Below, one piece after another: positions 13,515 through 27,300 of a stretch of DNA of 64,000 nt. The notes beneath the pieces were generated by a model that was given only the letters and a program-made list of their open reading frames with translations, was not told the origin of the DNA and did not search any database. Each line of letters begins with the position of its first letter. The first letter of the stretch is position 1. This DNA comes from Antedon mediterranea (taxonomy: Eukaryota > Animalia > Echinodermata). Where the stretch lies: NCBI RefSeq assembly GCF_964355755.1, contig NC_092676.1:20788871-20852870 (forward strand), written 5' to 3'. Both the position numbers and the translations under genes were made by a program.

Positions 13515-13756
13515 AAGTAAAGGAATTTGGATAACGTCATGGCATAAGAACTGGCAAGTGCTGCCTGGGTGGACATGAATAAAAGAAATACAACAAAAGG
13601 TAATATATAATTATATATTCTAATATATAATATTTAATTACTGTAATTTAAAATAAAGTAATTTCATTTTTTAATATAGTTGTCCAACTAGCAATCCATC
13701 CAGTGGAAGTAATAGCAGTGGTAATGGTTCTAAACAGTAAGTAAACACTAGTTTGC

Positions 13757-16700
13757 ATTTTCCAAGATGGCTACCAAAATCCAAGATGGCCGCCAGAAAA
13801 AAGGAAATGCCATATATCTGGCTGTAAAACTCGTAAATCAACAAATGGGGTGTAAATTTAAGGGTTTCTGGGGTCAATGAAACAGATGCTGGTTATGCCA
13901 TATTGCTCAGACCACCTATTTCCAAGATGGCGGCCAAATTTCAAAATGGCCGCTAAAAAAGGGAAATGAACAAATGAGGTATTAATTCAGGGGTTTCTTG
14001 GGTCACCAAAACAGATGCTGGTCAAACTATTTTGCTCAGGTCACCCATTTCCAAAATGGCGGCCAAATTTCAAAATGGCTTCCAAAAAAACCCCAAAATT
14101 TTGTGTAGGCATATGTGGGTTAAAAATCAGAAATTAACCAAAACAATGTATGAAAAAGGTTTACTTGGCTCGACTTGTTAATGGTTATTGGACTTATATA
14201 ATAGCTACATTACAGTTTACAGTTAATTACAGTTGATTTACCCTATTTGGATGAACATGTGCACCGGCAAAGAGATGTGCAAGGCAGATTTGCCTTGCTG
14301 CATTTGCAGACTGTACAGGCCTTTTTGCAGCCACATTTCACAAAGTCTCTGCAAGCTTTAGATGCCTCTGGAATGGTAGACCAGACAGGTTCCCATGAGT
14401 TCCCAACTTTCACTCATGCATAGTCGGTTGGACACGGATTTGTTTGTTGAGATAACATGCATGTTGTCCAGATGCCAGCTTGGTATACGGCCCTCCTAGT
14501 GTGCTGGAGTAGTGCATTCTGAGTAGGTGGTATCTTGTCAACAGCTTGCCGTTTCTGGCTGAACAGTTCCATCCGAGCACTGTTAACATTCATGGCGTTA
14601 CTTGTTTTGTCATAAACTACGACAACTAGTCTCTCAGAATGTAAGTGAAGATGCTCAAACGGATGTGCGGCAAGATGAAGAAAGGAGGCATCCGTATCTT
14701 CGTCATAAGCATTCCATGCCTGCCAAAACGATTTCTTCCCTTTACCTCTAAACGCTGAGGTAGTATCACATCCTGACAGGGAGTGGAACATTGGCAGGGA
14801 ACGTGATTTACGTTCACCGAGATGTGCACAAATGGCGTTGATACTGTAATGAGTGTAGTTCTTTCCAGTTCCAAATGCTATCCAGAGATCAAGATCAGCA
14901 TTTATCTGAGAGAGGTCATGAAACACACCGATAAGAACAACGACAACATCTGTATCCACAGTTTGCACCTGGATGGATTTTGCTCCATTTTCCAACGCGT
15001 GTTTCACGTGAACCACAATCCTAGTGTCTGCTTCCTCTTGATTACAGCTGGACATTTTGAACTGCGTTCCAACATATGTAACATGCTCTCCAGCTGTGAT
15101 ATATACCGAACACTCAGGAGGGATGCTGCAATCCGCAACTTTTGATGAAAGGAATTCAAAAAGTTCTTTCTTGTTGATTGGATCACGGAGGAAGTCATTC
15201 CAGTTGCCCGGCAGCTTGGTATCACCTGATACTTGTCTAAGCACACCTTTGCCTCGTTTCTCTCTGGTTCCCTCCTTAAGGCTATCTGGTCGGTATTCGT
15301 CCCACACAACATCCACTCGCTTTGTGTCACGTAGCTGACGTTTCAGATGGGGTATAAACACGTTGTCAGCATATTCTTGGAATGTTGAGACATTTATTAT
15401 AGGTAATGCATGTACTGTCACCGCACCATCCAGAACTTTGCAGTCATATAATACAGGTACCTCTGTGTGGTTTGATTCGATACATTGTAACAGATGACAT
15501 TTGGTAACAGACAGATTAAGCTTTCCAAACTCAGACAGGGATGGAGGATACAACTGTACTTCGTGTGCAAAGAATTAACTGATGTCACCATCTCTATTTT
15601 TTAAGGAAATGTATAACTGGCCGAAGAGTGCCACATTGTTCTCAAGCACCTTTACTTTCTTGCAATCCTTTGATTTGACTTTGAGCTTTGTTGAGAGCAA
15701 GGGTGGTGAATTCTTTGAGATTGTATCATATATGGAACGACTACGATCCACGAGCACGGTCTTCACATGCTCTTGATACTTCTTTGTGCCTGTATCTTCT
15801 AGTGTACGGATTGTATCCACTACTGCCTCATTCGCGCAGTTACGACTATCAAGAGTTACTAACTCAGGGAAGTCATCCAGGAAGGGATTTCCCATCTTGC
15901 GTATTGTGTTAGATAGACTATCAACCTGTTGCCGGGAGGTTTTCTGTGCTGCAAGTCCCTGTTCATGGTGTTCAAAGTTAGCTGGGTTTTCCGGATCATT
16001 GTCATGAATATATTCATTCTCATACTGTCTCAGTCTGGCAAGCTCGGGTCCAGCAGTCATCCAGCGTCTGAAGGCAACTGGATTTTCTGTAAGTCCTACT
16101 ACACCACCGAATGCTTTCACCACTTTATTCTCTTGCTCATGCGCTTGGTCTATTGGAATCGCAGAGTATCTGTGTAACGACTTTGCGATTGTCCAGTGAT
16201 TCCGAGTTTCAAACTCATATTTGATATCTTGTGGCAATGCCTTCATGTCTCTAATGTGTACAGGCAGCCACCGAGAATAGTTCACATGATCTAACGCAAA
16301 GAACAATGGCACGAGTGCCTCTAATACAGAAACATACAATAGGAAGTCTCTCTCCCGATGGGCTCTAACAAATATGCGAATCAGAATCTCATAGTGTGCG
16401 ATCATGTTCCAGAACTTGAACGTGGGGGATTTCTTAGATAATTGTTCAAACTCTCATCAACATTAGATCTCTGGTTAAATGCTTCATTCAGTAGCCGCTG
16501 AGAAACAAGAACAGTGACTTGATGGGCATGTCGAGTTCTGGTAATGTGTGATACTTTCAGGAATGAATCGACTGTTCCAGATGAAGCAACGTCAGATTCA
16601 GTGAGAGCCGTTGTCCAAACTGACTCATCTAATAAATCGCCAACAGTGTTCCATAGCGCCTTCTCAATGTGCAGTCCGCCCATACGTAGACTTTCTCACC

Positions 16701-17363
16701 ATAGAGATCTGACCATTTCCATTTTTAAATTTGACCTTCATCTTGAAAATGAGTGACCTGAGCAAAATGGCTTGACCAGTATCTGTTTCAGTAACCTAGC
16801 TCAGATACCTCTGAATTGACACCTTATTTGTTCATTTATGATTTTTACAGCCTTATATACAATATTTCCTTTTTTTGGCAGCCATTTTGAAATTTGGCCG
16901 CCATCTTGGAATTGGGTGACCTGAGCAAAATGGCTTGACCAGCATATATTACAGTGACCTCAGAAACTCCTGAATTGACACCTCATTTGTTAATTTCTGA
17001 TTTTTACAGTCTGATATATGACATTTGATTTTTTTGGCGGCCATTTTAAAAGTTGGCCGCCATCTTGGAAATTGGTGGTCTGAGCAACATGACATGACCA
17101 GCTTCTGTTTCAGTGACCCCCAGAAACCCTGACATTGACACCCCATTTGTTGATTTATGAGTCTTACAGCCAGATATATGGCATTTCCTTTTTTCTGGTG
17201 GCCATCTTGGATTTTGGCCGCCCTTTTGGAAAATCGGACCCGATCAAGTGGGTTCCACGGATAAAATCAATAGATAGGTCAAAAGGAAACTCCATGCCAA
17301 ATTTGGTACTTTTGTCCGGCCGGTAACGCTAATCCTGAAAATTGTTGCTAAGCCACCTGACTT
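13757..17363 (-). mobile_element. AcademX-type DNA transposon, copy 1 (left terminus lost, N-terminal coding region deleted)
   Basis: Subterminal inverted repeats (about 13757-14150 vs 16720-17235) are built of caagatggcggcc / ggccgccatcttg units. The right end reads gctaagccacctgact. The coding remnant has an XPG/FEN1-like nuclease and a Cys-rich C-terminus. Confidence 0.8.
14243..16683 (-). pseudogene. AcademX transposase plus XPG-like nuclease and Cys-rich finger, disrupted
   Basis: Motifs MGGLHIE, DHVNYSRW, DQAHEQEN, VLDGA, EEADTRI, DTDV and SGCDTTSAFRGKGKK. After the TGA at 14414 the frame continues CGCKKACTVCKCSKANLPCTSLCRC to TAG at 14243. There is a frameshift near 16420 and a TAA at 15575. 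Confidence 0.85.
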
Positions 17364-17662
17364 TAATAGAAATATGTAGGGTGAAGGAAGTTAAGGTCTA
17401 TGCCGGAACTAAGTTGATGCAACCAAAGCAGGTTTGATTTCATGCAGATGGACAAGCACATATTATTGGAAGGGCCTTTTCTTACAATCCGTTTTGCTGC
17501 GTCGCTAGTGGGAACTATGTTTAATTGAATCTTTAGATCCCCCCCCCCCCCCACAAACAAAAGTGTTTCTACACATCACCAGGTATTCAGATTATTATTA
17601 TTTCTATTTAAAAAAATTATGTTTAGACTTGCATATACAATAGTAGTGGACTAGCTAAACAT

Positions 17663-20600
17663 ATGGAAAAGCAAAAAAAAGCAAAATCCTTATTACATGG
17701 TAAGAGACAAATAACATCTTGTGTATGTTTTTTAATGCTTTGTAAAGCTACGTGTTGTTAAAATAATGGAGTGGAGTTGTGGCTTGGTACGGTAGCTATC
17801 ATGTCAATATTTTGTCTAATGACGATTTACAACTCCACTCTCAAAGACAGTTATTGCATAGTCACCACAAGGTTGTATTGTACTCAAAAACAACGTTTCT
17901 AATAATGATCTATTTAGATATCCCGCCATTTTACTCAACATTGTAATTTTATACCCAATATTTTTACTGATAGACTGGGTATTCTGATTCTACATTAACA
18001 TTTCATCTATAATAACTCCCAGATATCTTATACTATCAACTTGTTCAATTTTGGTGGGTCCAATTTTAATATCCAGTTGGTTATTATCTACTGAACGACT
18101 GTTTCTGAGTAACATGACCTTAGTTTTGTCTGTATTGATTGAGAGGTGATTTCTATTATACTATTCACTAACATTATTCATGATTATTGTAGAGAATCGT
18201 TTACAGACTTAGTTGAATTACCAGTAGTATACGCAACAACATCATCAGCAAAAATGCTGCAAGTTTTGCAATATGACCGATTACAGAAATTGGTCTGTAG
18301 TTGTTATATGTTTGTCTTGTGAAGGGGATTGCCACCTTTAAAGTGAATTAATTCGCTTATGGTTATCCTTGGCAATTTGCCTAAATATATACACAAAACA
18401 AACAAAACAAATTTGAACGACGCCTTCCCGTTCCGTTTAATGCTTGATTCTCACTAAAGACGCAACACAAGGATGTAACGCGACATAAGTGAGTTGACCA
18501 ATCACAAGCGATGGATTATTCGAACTGTCGCTTGTCATTGGTCAACACGTTTGCGTTGCCTTTACGTTAGTGTGAACCAAGCTTAAGTGTGAATGTAACT
18601 TTTAATCATATACTATTTTGTTTACAGTAATCAGACGTCGACGTGCCATTCTGATATATGTCATAATAGCTTGTATACTGTCGTGTCTTACTATCTTGCT
18701 ATTCGTAGAGATTTCATACAGAATTGCTAGAAATCAATTTTACAGTGCGTCACGCACTATTATTATTATTCTACTTGCATTGTATCCAGTAAGTTTTACA
18801 TTTTTCGTAAATACTATTTTTGTTTATCTTTGTTTTTTTTAAATTTTGTATCTATTATGTTGTGTTTATTGTTTTATGTTTTTTATGTAAAAAGGTCCTA
18901 TAGTATCATACCATTAGTAAACATTGGCATTCATTTAGTATTTTTGTTTTCTGAATTACTAAACATTAATACAAAGTATTTACTTCTTAAATCGTAAATA
19001 CTATTTATAAAATCAAGGAATAGCGAGAATATTTGCCCATATTCTTACATATCTTATACGTTCTGACTGCCCGAATAAAATAGTCCAGCTTGCATGGTGG
19101 GTGTGGTAGAAGGAAGTGCAATCTAATATTTTTCAAATTATTTAAAAGCGGATGTTGTGGTTTAGATCATAGAACAAAATATGATGTACATAAAAAAAAA
19201 TGAAAAATAACTATACCATTTTCAATTTGTAATTTGATCTCATTTCATCATTGAAGGAGTGTGTTCGGGAGTGACCAAGCTTTTAAAATAGATTATTACT
19301 TTTTATTATTTTTATTAAATTTAATGGTGGGTAGAAGCGTTTGGGTAATGATGTTTTGTAGTAAATTTTGTTACAGTTATCTGGTTATATATTTTCCTAC
19401 AGGTATCTAGCGTTACATCTTTCGTCGGGGTGATTATACCAAGAGCTTCATTGGTTGCTAACCTAACAGCATCTTTGTACGTAAAAAAATTCATTTTCAA
19501 GATCTATAAACTTAATGTTTGGTGGTGGTAAACGCAGCCCTGTCATGATTTCCTGAAAATAATAAAGGCACACTAGTACTATATGCACACGTTTCTCACG
19601 TTACATATTAATGTTAACACTTTCTCTGACGTTTCAATTAGAATTGCGAATTAAATGGAAATACAATACTGACAGTATCGTCTTTAAGTTTTGTTACCAC
19701 AATCGCAAACAATTTGACCAATCACGACGCGATGGATCGTCGCTTCGTGATTGGTCAACTCACTTGCACTGCGCCGATGTCGTTGCGTTGCGTCCAAGTG
19801 GAAACCGAGCTTTATGATTGATAGAATGTGTAGGCCTCATAGATATACTATAGTAATATATCTTTGGTAGGCACAGTGTTATGGTAATGAGATGAGTTAT
19901 AGCACACCCACGCCTATTATATACAGACACAATGGGCCGAAATCCAACCAAACTGAGCGCTTCCCTGGTTGTCGTGGCCTAGCATCCGATTCCGAGATAA
20001 ACAATGTTGTATTTTTGTCAGCATTGTATTGATTTATTGTATAATTATATAAAACGTTATAAAACATATGATTAATGTTTTGTATTCGTTAAAGAGAGAA
20101 TTTAATTTACAGTCATTTAACGAGTTCATTGTTTCAACTCATTATTATATTATATTCTTCCCATTTAATTCATAGGCCTATACATTTAAACTGTTTTTGT
20201 TTATGCAGAATTTAAAATTGATTTAAATAATATTGAAAAGTCACAATAAACATTCTTTTTTTCAGTTACTATTGTATATGTCTTTACCTTTTTGTGGTTT
20301 TGGTAATTGACTACTATAACGGTGTAGACTCAATGATTATTAAACTGAAGGATCGCCGAATTTCACTAGCCAGGCCTCCGATTGCATGTTGTTGTGACTG
20401 CCTTCCAAAAATTAACATGACAAGGTAAACTGGAGTAGCATTCCTAAGTTGTATTGTATTGTTTTGTATTATAGGTCTACAAAATATAATAAAGTGTACA
20501 AAATAGGTTTTCTTGGAAAGATCTCATCGAAACTTTACTAAAGCAGCCCAGATTACCTCGTGTAAAGTTATTATGTAGAAGCATTGTTTTTTTACATAAA

Positions 20601-23577
20601 TATTATTACCTGCTATTAACATTATTTTAACAGAAGTAATTTTCACAAACTTCGTCTTGGAATTCTTCAGAATGCAGTTGTCCGACCAATAAGTCTATTC
20701 ATAGCTGCTACATTGTGGGCAGATGGTACGGCGAAAGCGGTATGTTGAAAATACATTAATTATCTCATTTCAAATATTTTTGAATATAATTGAAATTATA
20801 GAGCATGTAACCCGGATTCATCCAGGCATTCGCGCCATTCGCCAAGGCGAAGGTCAGATGGATGAATGTATTTGTTTTTTAATGATTTTGTATTCTCTTG
20901 AATTTTTCTAAAGAAATTAGGCCTACTATTGATTGCGTGTACCATGTTATTGACTACAAAATGGTGTCTCGAGAGATCATATCCTAACAATGTTCTTTTT
21001 ATTATAAATATTATTGAAAGAAACAACACATTTCGATATTTCGATGTAATAACACTGTGATTTCGATGTTTCTCTCGATTTCGATTGTAATATAAATAGT
21101 ATTGGCTTTAAAATCTGGAGAAACAAAGTAAACTATTTTATTGTTTCCTGATCATATATATACAATATAAATGTCTCTCTTAACCTTTCGTATACAATTT
21201 AAAATATCATGGTCTTATCCATATACTTCTTCAGTAAAAACAAATCTTACTTGGGTCCTTTCCACTTTCTCTCTCCATTGGTTATAACATTGCACATAGG
21301 AATTTTGGAAGGCATAGTGTCAGCTGACTATATATTTTCAAATTATTGAAGCATTTCATATTTGATACTTTTACTTTGTTTTTTTTGTATCACCCGTAAA
21401 CTCATAGATTTTCTACTCCGTAGACCTTTTTTTTTTATTGTTTGTAGGCTTATACATGCATATTTTCTATACTTTGACATTTTATTTTTTAAATCATCAT
21501 CACAAACATAATTATAGCTATCAGTTAATATGCCTTTTGGTTTTTGTGTTCCAACTTCCCGTTTGATGTTTTGTCTTACTTTTTTATTTATTGTAATGGA
21601 TATTGAAGTCTTACAAGACTTATCTTCTCTGATCAATGGTTAGAGTATTACACATTTTACAAGCATGGAAGAAATTACCGCTCAGCATATCATTATTACT
21701 AGCTCAATAATTAAAGTAATTAGTTGGAAATACTAATTACAAATTATTCTTTAAAGGTTGAAGCCTATCTGTACATGAATATTATTACTATGATTTCTTC
21801 AATATTTGCTGTGTATTCGTTAGCAGTAATTTACAATGCTTCGAAAAAGCCACTAAAAGAGTTTATGATCACACCAAAGTTTATTGCAATGAAACTAGTT
21901 ATGCTGGTTGGAAATACCCAGCATTTTATATTAAGTATGCTGGCCTATATTGAGGTGATTCTTCCCTGTAAGCCGCCATTTAACACACAAACTCGAGCGA
22001 ACAGTAAGTATAATATTTGCTGTTTTGTCTATTATTTCATAAACATGATAGGTTAACATTTATGTCCATTCCGTGAGATCCCTACATACTCTACATGATT
22101 GATATGAAATGATGCCATTATTCCCAAATATGGACACCCCTTGAATATCACGGCGAGGGTAGTAGACTGGAGGGATTGCTATACAGGTAGGTATCTGACG
22201 CGCGTGCGCATAGACTACCGTAGTATATGCACCAACAACACCACAGTTTTTGGTTTGTGTATTTTAATGTAAGCCTAAGTGTTCCCCGGTATCAAATTAT
22301 TTTATTTCAACTTAAATATTTGCTTATTCGTTGGTTGTAATTGCCTTTTTGTATTACAGATGTATTGTCCAGTTGGAAAAAATATGTATTTAAAAAAAAA
22401 CATTATGCCATTTTAATGACAAATAGGCCTAATACTATCCTATTCATTACATTCACTTTGACCGAAAATGTAAAGCAAAACATACTATTGTCTGTCAGAC
22501 CGTGGTTTTTGCTAAATTTAACGATTTCATTTTGTCAGTATTAGGTGAGATAATTATTTTTATTCGTTTTGTAAAGAAGTGTATAAATATGGCCTATTCA
22601 AATCTGTTATGTTTTTAGAGGACAATACATATATCTTTAAGTATTATGTGCTGCCTCGCGGACAGTAAATAGGCCTCTGTTTGCCTATTCATTCATCAGT
22701 TATTTTACTTTTATTCCGGAAACGGATGTTCATACAAAATCAATTGCATAAATATAAGGTTAAATAAAAAAGGCACAAAAAAAACCACTGGTATCAGATC
22801 ATCTCAGGATCTCCATCATTTTGTTATGGAGCCTGGATGATTCAAATGATGATACCATAATACTTTCTATCACTTTTTCTATAAAAGCTAAATACAATAT
22901 ATGCCCATGGGTATTGCACTAGTCTATATTACTTTTATTCATGAGTTTCGTGTTTTGTTTTTTTCTGTATGTGTTAGGTCGTTAGGTTATCATATTTTCA
23001 AATACAAATTCAGACCTCATAAAGGTATATATTATAAATATAGGTATACATTTCATTATTAATAAGTGTTTTCCGGCATCAAATTCTTTGTGTTGTGTTC
23101 CAGGATTTATAAAGCGCCAATGTTATGAAACCTCTAAGAGCTGAAGAAAACACCCTACACAAGACCTTCATATACAAAGTGATAACATTTACACAAATCT
23201 CATTCCAAAAGAATTATTTTACTTTTGAAATATCATTTTCAATTTCTTTTATAGCAATATTTTATCGAAAACCATCCACAAACGTTGACAACCCCAATAA
23301 TTTGTATTTTCTAATTTATATTTCAGCGATTTATAATATGCTTATCATTTATGAAACTTTTATTATGTTGCTACTCGGAAGGATATTCATATTCATTTGG
23401 CGAGAGAAAGAAAACAGCGATTCTGAAAGTAGTTTTGAATTATCAGAAAGTATTTCTATAGTTGAGAGAAACATGTGCTGCAAACAAAAGGTCGAATCTT
23501 CAACGAGTGATGAAAACGCATCTGTAACAAATATACCAAAGGACGTTGTAGAGAACGAACTAAGTGTTAATTTATAG
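17663..23577 (+). CDS. SLC51A: Organic solute transporter subunit alpha-like (OST-alpha), apparently intact
   Basis: Exons 17663-17699 (tentative), 18628-18788, 19403-19476, 20266-20424 (RPPIACCCDCLP Cys motif), 20634-20739 (LQNAVVRP...LWADG), 21757-22003 (ITPKF...LPCKPPF...RA) and 23327-23577. Introns are GT-AG and phases are consistent. Confidence 0.85.
17990..18270 (-). mobile_element. CR1/L2-type LINE reverse transcriptase fragment in OST-alpha intron 1
   Basis: Minus strand reads CSIFADDVVAY...NHLSINTDKTKVM...IRYLGVIIDE. A paralogous copy lies at about 48878-49155. Confidence 0.75.
18441..18584. mobile_element. Palindromic MITE, possibly PIF/Harbinger type
   Basis: Ends gcttgattctcacta...tagtgtgaaccaagc with an inner hairpin ttgaccaatcacaagcga...tcgcttgtcattggtcaa and TAA flanks. 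Relatives lie at 19715-19812, 7485-7525, 49330-49472 and 50600-50700. Confidence 0.65.
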
Positions 23578-23763
23578 AGTTTGATCAATGAGCTTAATAG
23601 ACGCGCATCTAGATGATTGTCAATAGGCTGTTAAAAGCGGCATAGAATTGGTATTATTGTGTTCAATAAATTATTATTTTGACACCATTGACTACAGTAC
23701 AAAAGAAAATCTATTAAATCGTTACGTTATTGTATTTTTTTAATGTAAAGCAAAATGTAATAC

Positions 23764-23891
23764 CGGTACACCACGTATATTAATTCTGGAAATAACTGTT
23801 GAATTTCTCGATGTTTCGATCAATATCAGTATTCATTGAAACGACGAGAAACTCAACAGTTCTTTTCAGAACTAATATACGTGGTGTACCG
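23764..23891. repeat. Hairpin with about 55-bp arms (MITE-like) between the convergent OST-alpha and ST8-B 3' ends
   Basis: cggtacaccacgtatatta.ttctg... pairs with ...cagaactaatatacgtggtgtaccg. A copy lies at 53971-54092. Confidence 0.8.
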
Positions 23892-24356
23892 CAAACTTTA
23901 TATCAACATTTGATTTCGCCATGCAAACCTTCAAACAATATATTATGTAAAACCGTAATGAAAGTCTATATTAAATAAATAACCATGACATTACAAAACA
24001 ATTCCACGGAGCATAACGTATGTACTTAAAGCATTGTTGACTTCCTTATCCAATTCAATTTTGGAGAAAATTCCTGAAATACTATATTCCTTATAGAAGT
24101 GTGATTGTATAGTCAACATCGACGGATGTGTGTGACGAAAATGTAAAGAGATCCTTATCGGAGAGTTTAATAACGCCTGAGGTTGAACATTGAAAAACAT
24201 ATGTGATATTATTGTGTGTGAGGAAAATTAAAAGCCATCCTTATCGGAAAAAACACATAGATATTATTGCATATAATATAATTATGTTGTTATTTTTTGT
24301 GTTACACACCAAGGCCCACTTATAATTTTTTTTTTTAATGTTTACACCCCACCCAC

Positions 24357-27300
24357 TCAAATAATTCTACATCTATCTGAAACTAAACGAATGGTTCGAC
24401 TTTTATTTAATGTTGTTAAAAGTTCGTATTCGGCTGGCATGTGGTGATTGGTGGTATAATTCAGTGTCCTGTTGTCGTAGTAATGATGTTTTAACGGTTT
24501 GCCACTCGGTGATTTATAAAATGGATAAAAACCATATAATGAAACATATCGACACATTGACCCAGCTGCTGTATACATGATTAACCCCAGAGATGGGTTT
24601 CTTATTTTCCAAAATCTGAAAGAAAACTCATTTGTTGTAGGCTATGAAGAAAATTATATTTATGCATGCATAATTTAATGTGCTGATGTCAATTTATTCC
24701 TGTTATCTTTAATTATGTTCATTTTCAGTATGCATTATTATTATTATTTTACTCGTTGAACATTCTTGTAAGAAACGTTAAATCCCCAGCTCAAATCCAC
24801 TGTCTTACAAAAACGGAAGTTAATGAAAGAATAGTAAGATTAAGATGATACTTACTTTGTAACTAGTGGTAGCATACCTCGGTACGAATATACAATTCTA
24901 ACTGTTAAATTATTCTGTTTGATACCTGCTACTAGATTATGTGCGTAGCTTATATTCTTTTCTGCGTTCAATTTAGAAATCCATATATATGTGTCATTAA
25001 GCTCTTTAAACGTTTCGTATGAAGTTTTGTAGCAACTATTTGAAGTGTTTGTTAGACATATACTGCTTTCGATACTGGCGGCCTCATTGAGCACCATCAT
25101 ATCTATTTTACCACCAACGTCTTGTTCAAAACCAATAGTTTGTGCAAGATTTCCTCTAAAAACAAAGTCGTGTTCATCTATTTCACGTCCACAACTGCTG
25201 TTTAGTAGATTACCAGCACTGCCTACAACTGCACAGGATCCTCGCAGAGGAATACTGTCGATACCTTCTGGTAATTTTGTCATTCGTTTTTTCTGTTTGA
25301 AGCCATCTTTGTAAATTAGTGTTAATAGAGACGGTTTGAATCCAGCCTTCTGAAGTCGTTTTCTTTAATAGAATACAAACTTATAAATTCTGGGCTTATA
25401 ATTGATTAAAAGAAACTCTAGACAGGCATGTTCGAATTCAGTATGAGGCATATGCATACTTTTTGTTCTATTTCGTGAGAACAAACCACTTTTATTTCAT
25501 TCAAACCACCGTCAATTTTATATGTAAAATCAGTATTCAAAAAAGTAATATAGCATGCATACTAAAAACTCTCTAATATTATTATGAAAAACAATTAAGG
25601 AAGAATTTTAGCATTTGCTCTTTTTATTTTTCAAATTTCCCTAAATTTAGACTTTGAATATGCCATTTTACAGTTTAATAAAGTCATTCACTTTAGAAAA
25701 AAAACGAAGAAAATAATACAGTACCCACTTATAAAAAGATGAAATAAACGGTTAAGTTTAACCAAAACCATAGTGTGACAAACAATTTGAATATTATTAG
25801 TTTAGTAATCATAATAACTAATATTCTCTCTGAGCCAATATACTGCTTTCATTGTATTTGTTTGTGTCATTATTATTAATGAATCCGTATCTTGTAAAAA
25901 GTACACCAAGATCATTGTATTATATTATACAACTTATATAGAAATTCAACAGTTTGTATTATATACAATAAACGTTTCGTCACCAAATCTGATTTTAATT
26001 GGTGTAGAATTCTTTCAAGTCTATCTGTTTCTTGTATAGCTTACAATGAAAATGTAAAGTTCTGTTTGGTACTTGCTATCTAAGCAGACCATGCATACAT
26101 GTGAATTTGTGATGGCAGACATTATATTATTATTAAAAGAAGGCTGCAATAAGCAGGGTAAAAAAAACCAGAAATAGTCATATATAGCCAAGTTCTATTT
26201 GATATGATAACTAGGAAGGTATAATGCCACCATGTATTATGATCAGTGAAATGATTACCGTATCCAATAAAAACGAAAGCAAAACTTACCTCATATCTAA
26301 TGCTTTGCTTCCTTTAATGTGATTAGTCAATACTTTCCTACAAACAAAATCATATGTTAAAATTATAATGGATACACGTAAACTAAATACTCTTTTGATA
26401 AGAAGTAATAGCTAACATTACGGTACTTATCGGAAAGTTTTCGTTTTGGCAGCTCCCTACCAATTAATTTCATCCGGCAGTGTGCTAATTTTAAATTTTT
26501 TAAACCACGCTGAAGACTTCTTTTCGAAGTGTCTTTATTTACGGTTATTATACATTACATCATACATCTTAATGTTGACATTTCCTACTTTTTCCAGCTT
26601 GCTTTGTTCGCTTATATAAATAGCGACTCTTGTTTATATATATAAAAGTATCTCTTCGGAGATCTCGCCCGCCTGCGATTTTTTTTTCGTACATAAGTTG
26701 GGGACCCCCTTATGAAACGTCACAAAATAAACATGAATAATTCATCAGTTAAATTTTCTTGTTCCGTGTGCACCCAAGCGTATAGCAACAAGAAGTGATT
26801 ACACAAGTGCGGTACGATTCTAGGCCTATCTCCGCTGTGGTTGCCGCGTGGGATTTCATAAAAGAATAGCGGCGTTTTGTGTGGATTGTCGAAATAATCA
26901 GCCTTTAGTTTATGGTGTTTTTAATATAATTTATTACTAAAGAATTACGTGTTAAAATTATAGTTTCTATTAATACTATTATGCCTAATTATTAGTCTCT
27001 AAACCCATGTCTATTCTAGTAGTAGCTGTGTGGGTGTTGTGTGTGACGTGTGTATGTGTTAGGTATGACGACACAGTCCGAGTAATAAGTCAGCAAAATT
27101 AAACAATAACATTACACAAAAATATATTTTTTATTCTCGTGGGTCTAATCTTCCCATCTCGTGTTCATATACCCGCATTTTTAAAGTTCCTTTGAGTACA
27201 TGCATATTGTTTGATAATAAAATAGCAGAATTAAAAAATTACAGTACACAAATTATACACATTTTTTATTCTTGTGGGTCTAAGCTTTCTTTGGGCTATG

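Noticed and set aside
14411-14416. Selenocysteine or readthrough at the TGA before the Cys finger
   Set aside because: The position corresponds to the Trp of the GW-type motif (TGG>TGA) in an element with other lesions, so a simple nonsense mutation is more likely.
2408-16683. The two Academ relics as complementary halves of one split element
   Set aside because: Their TIR sequences and C-termini differ (acidic vs Cys-rich), so they are separate families.
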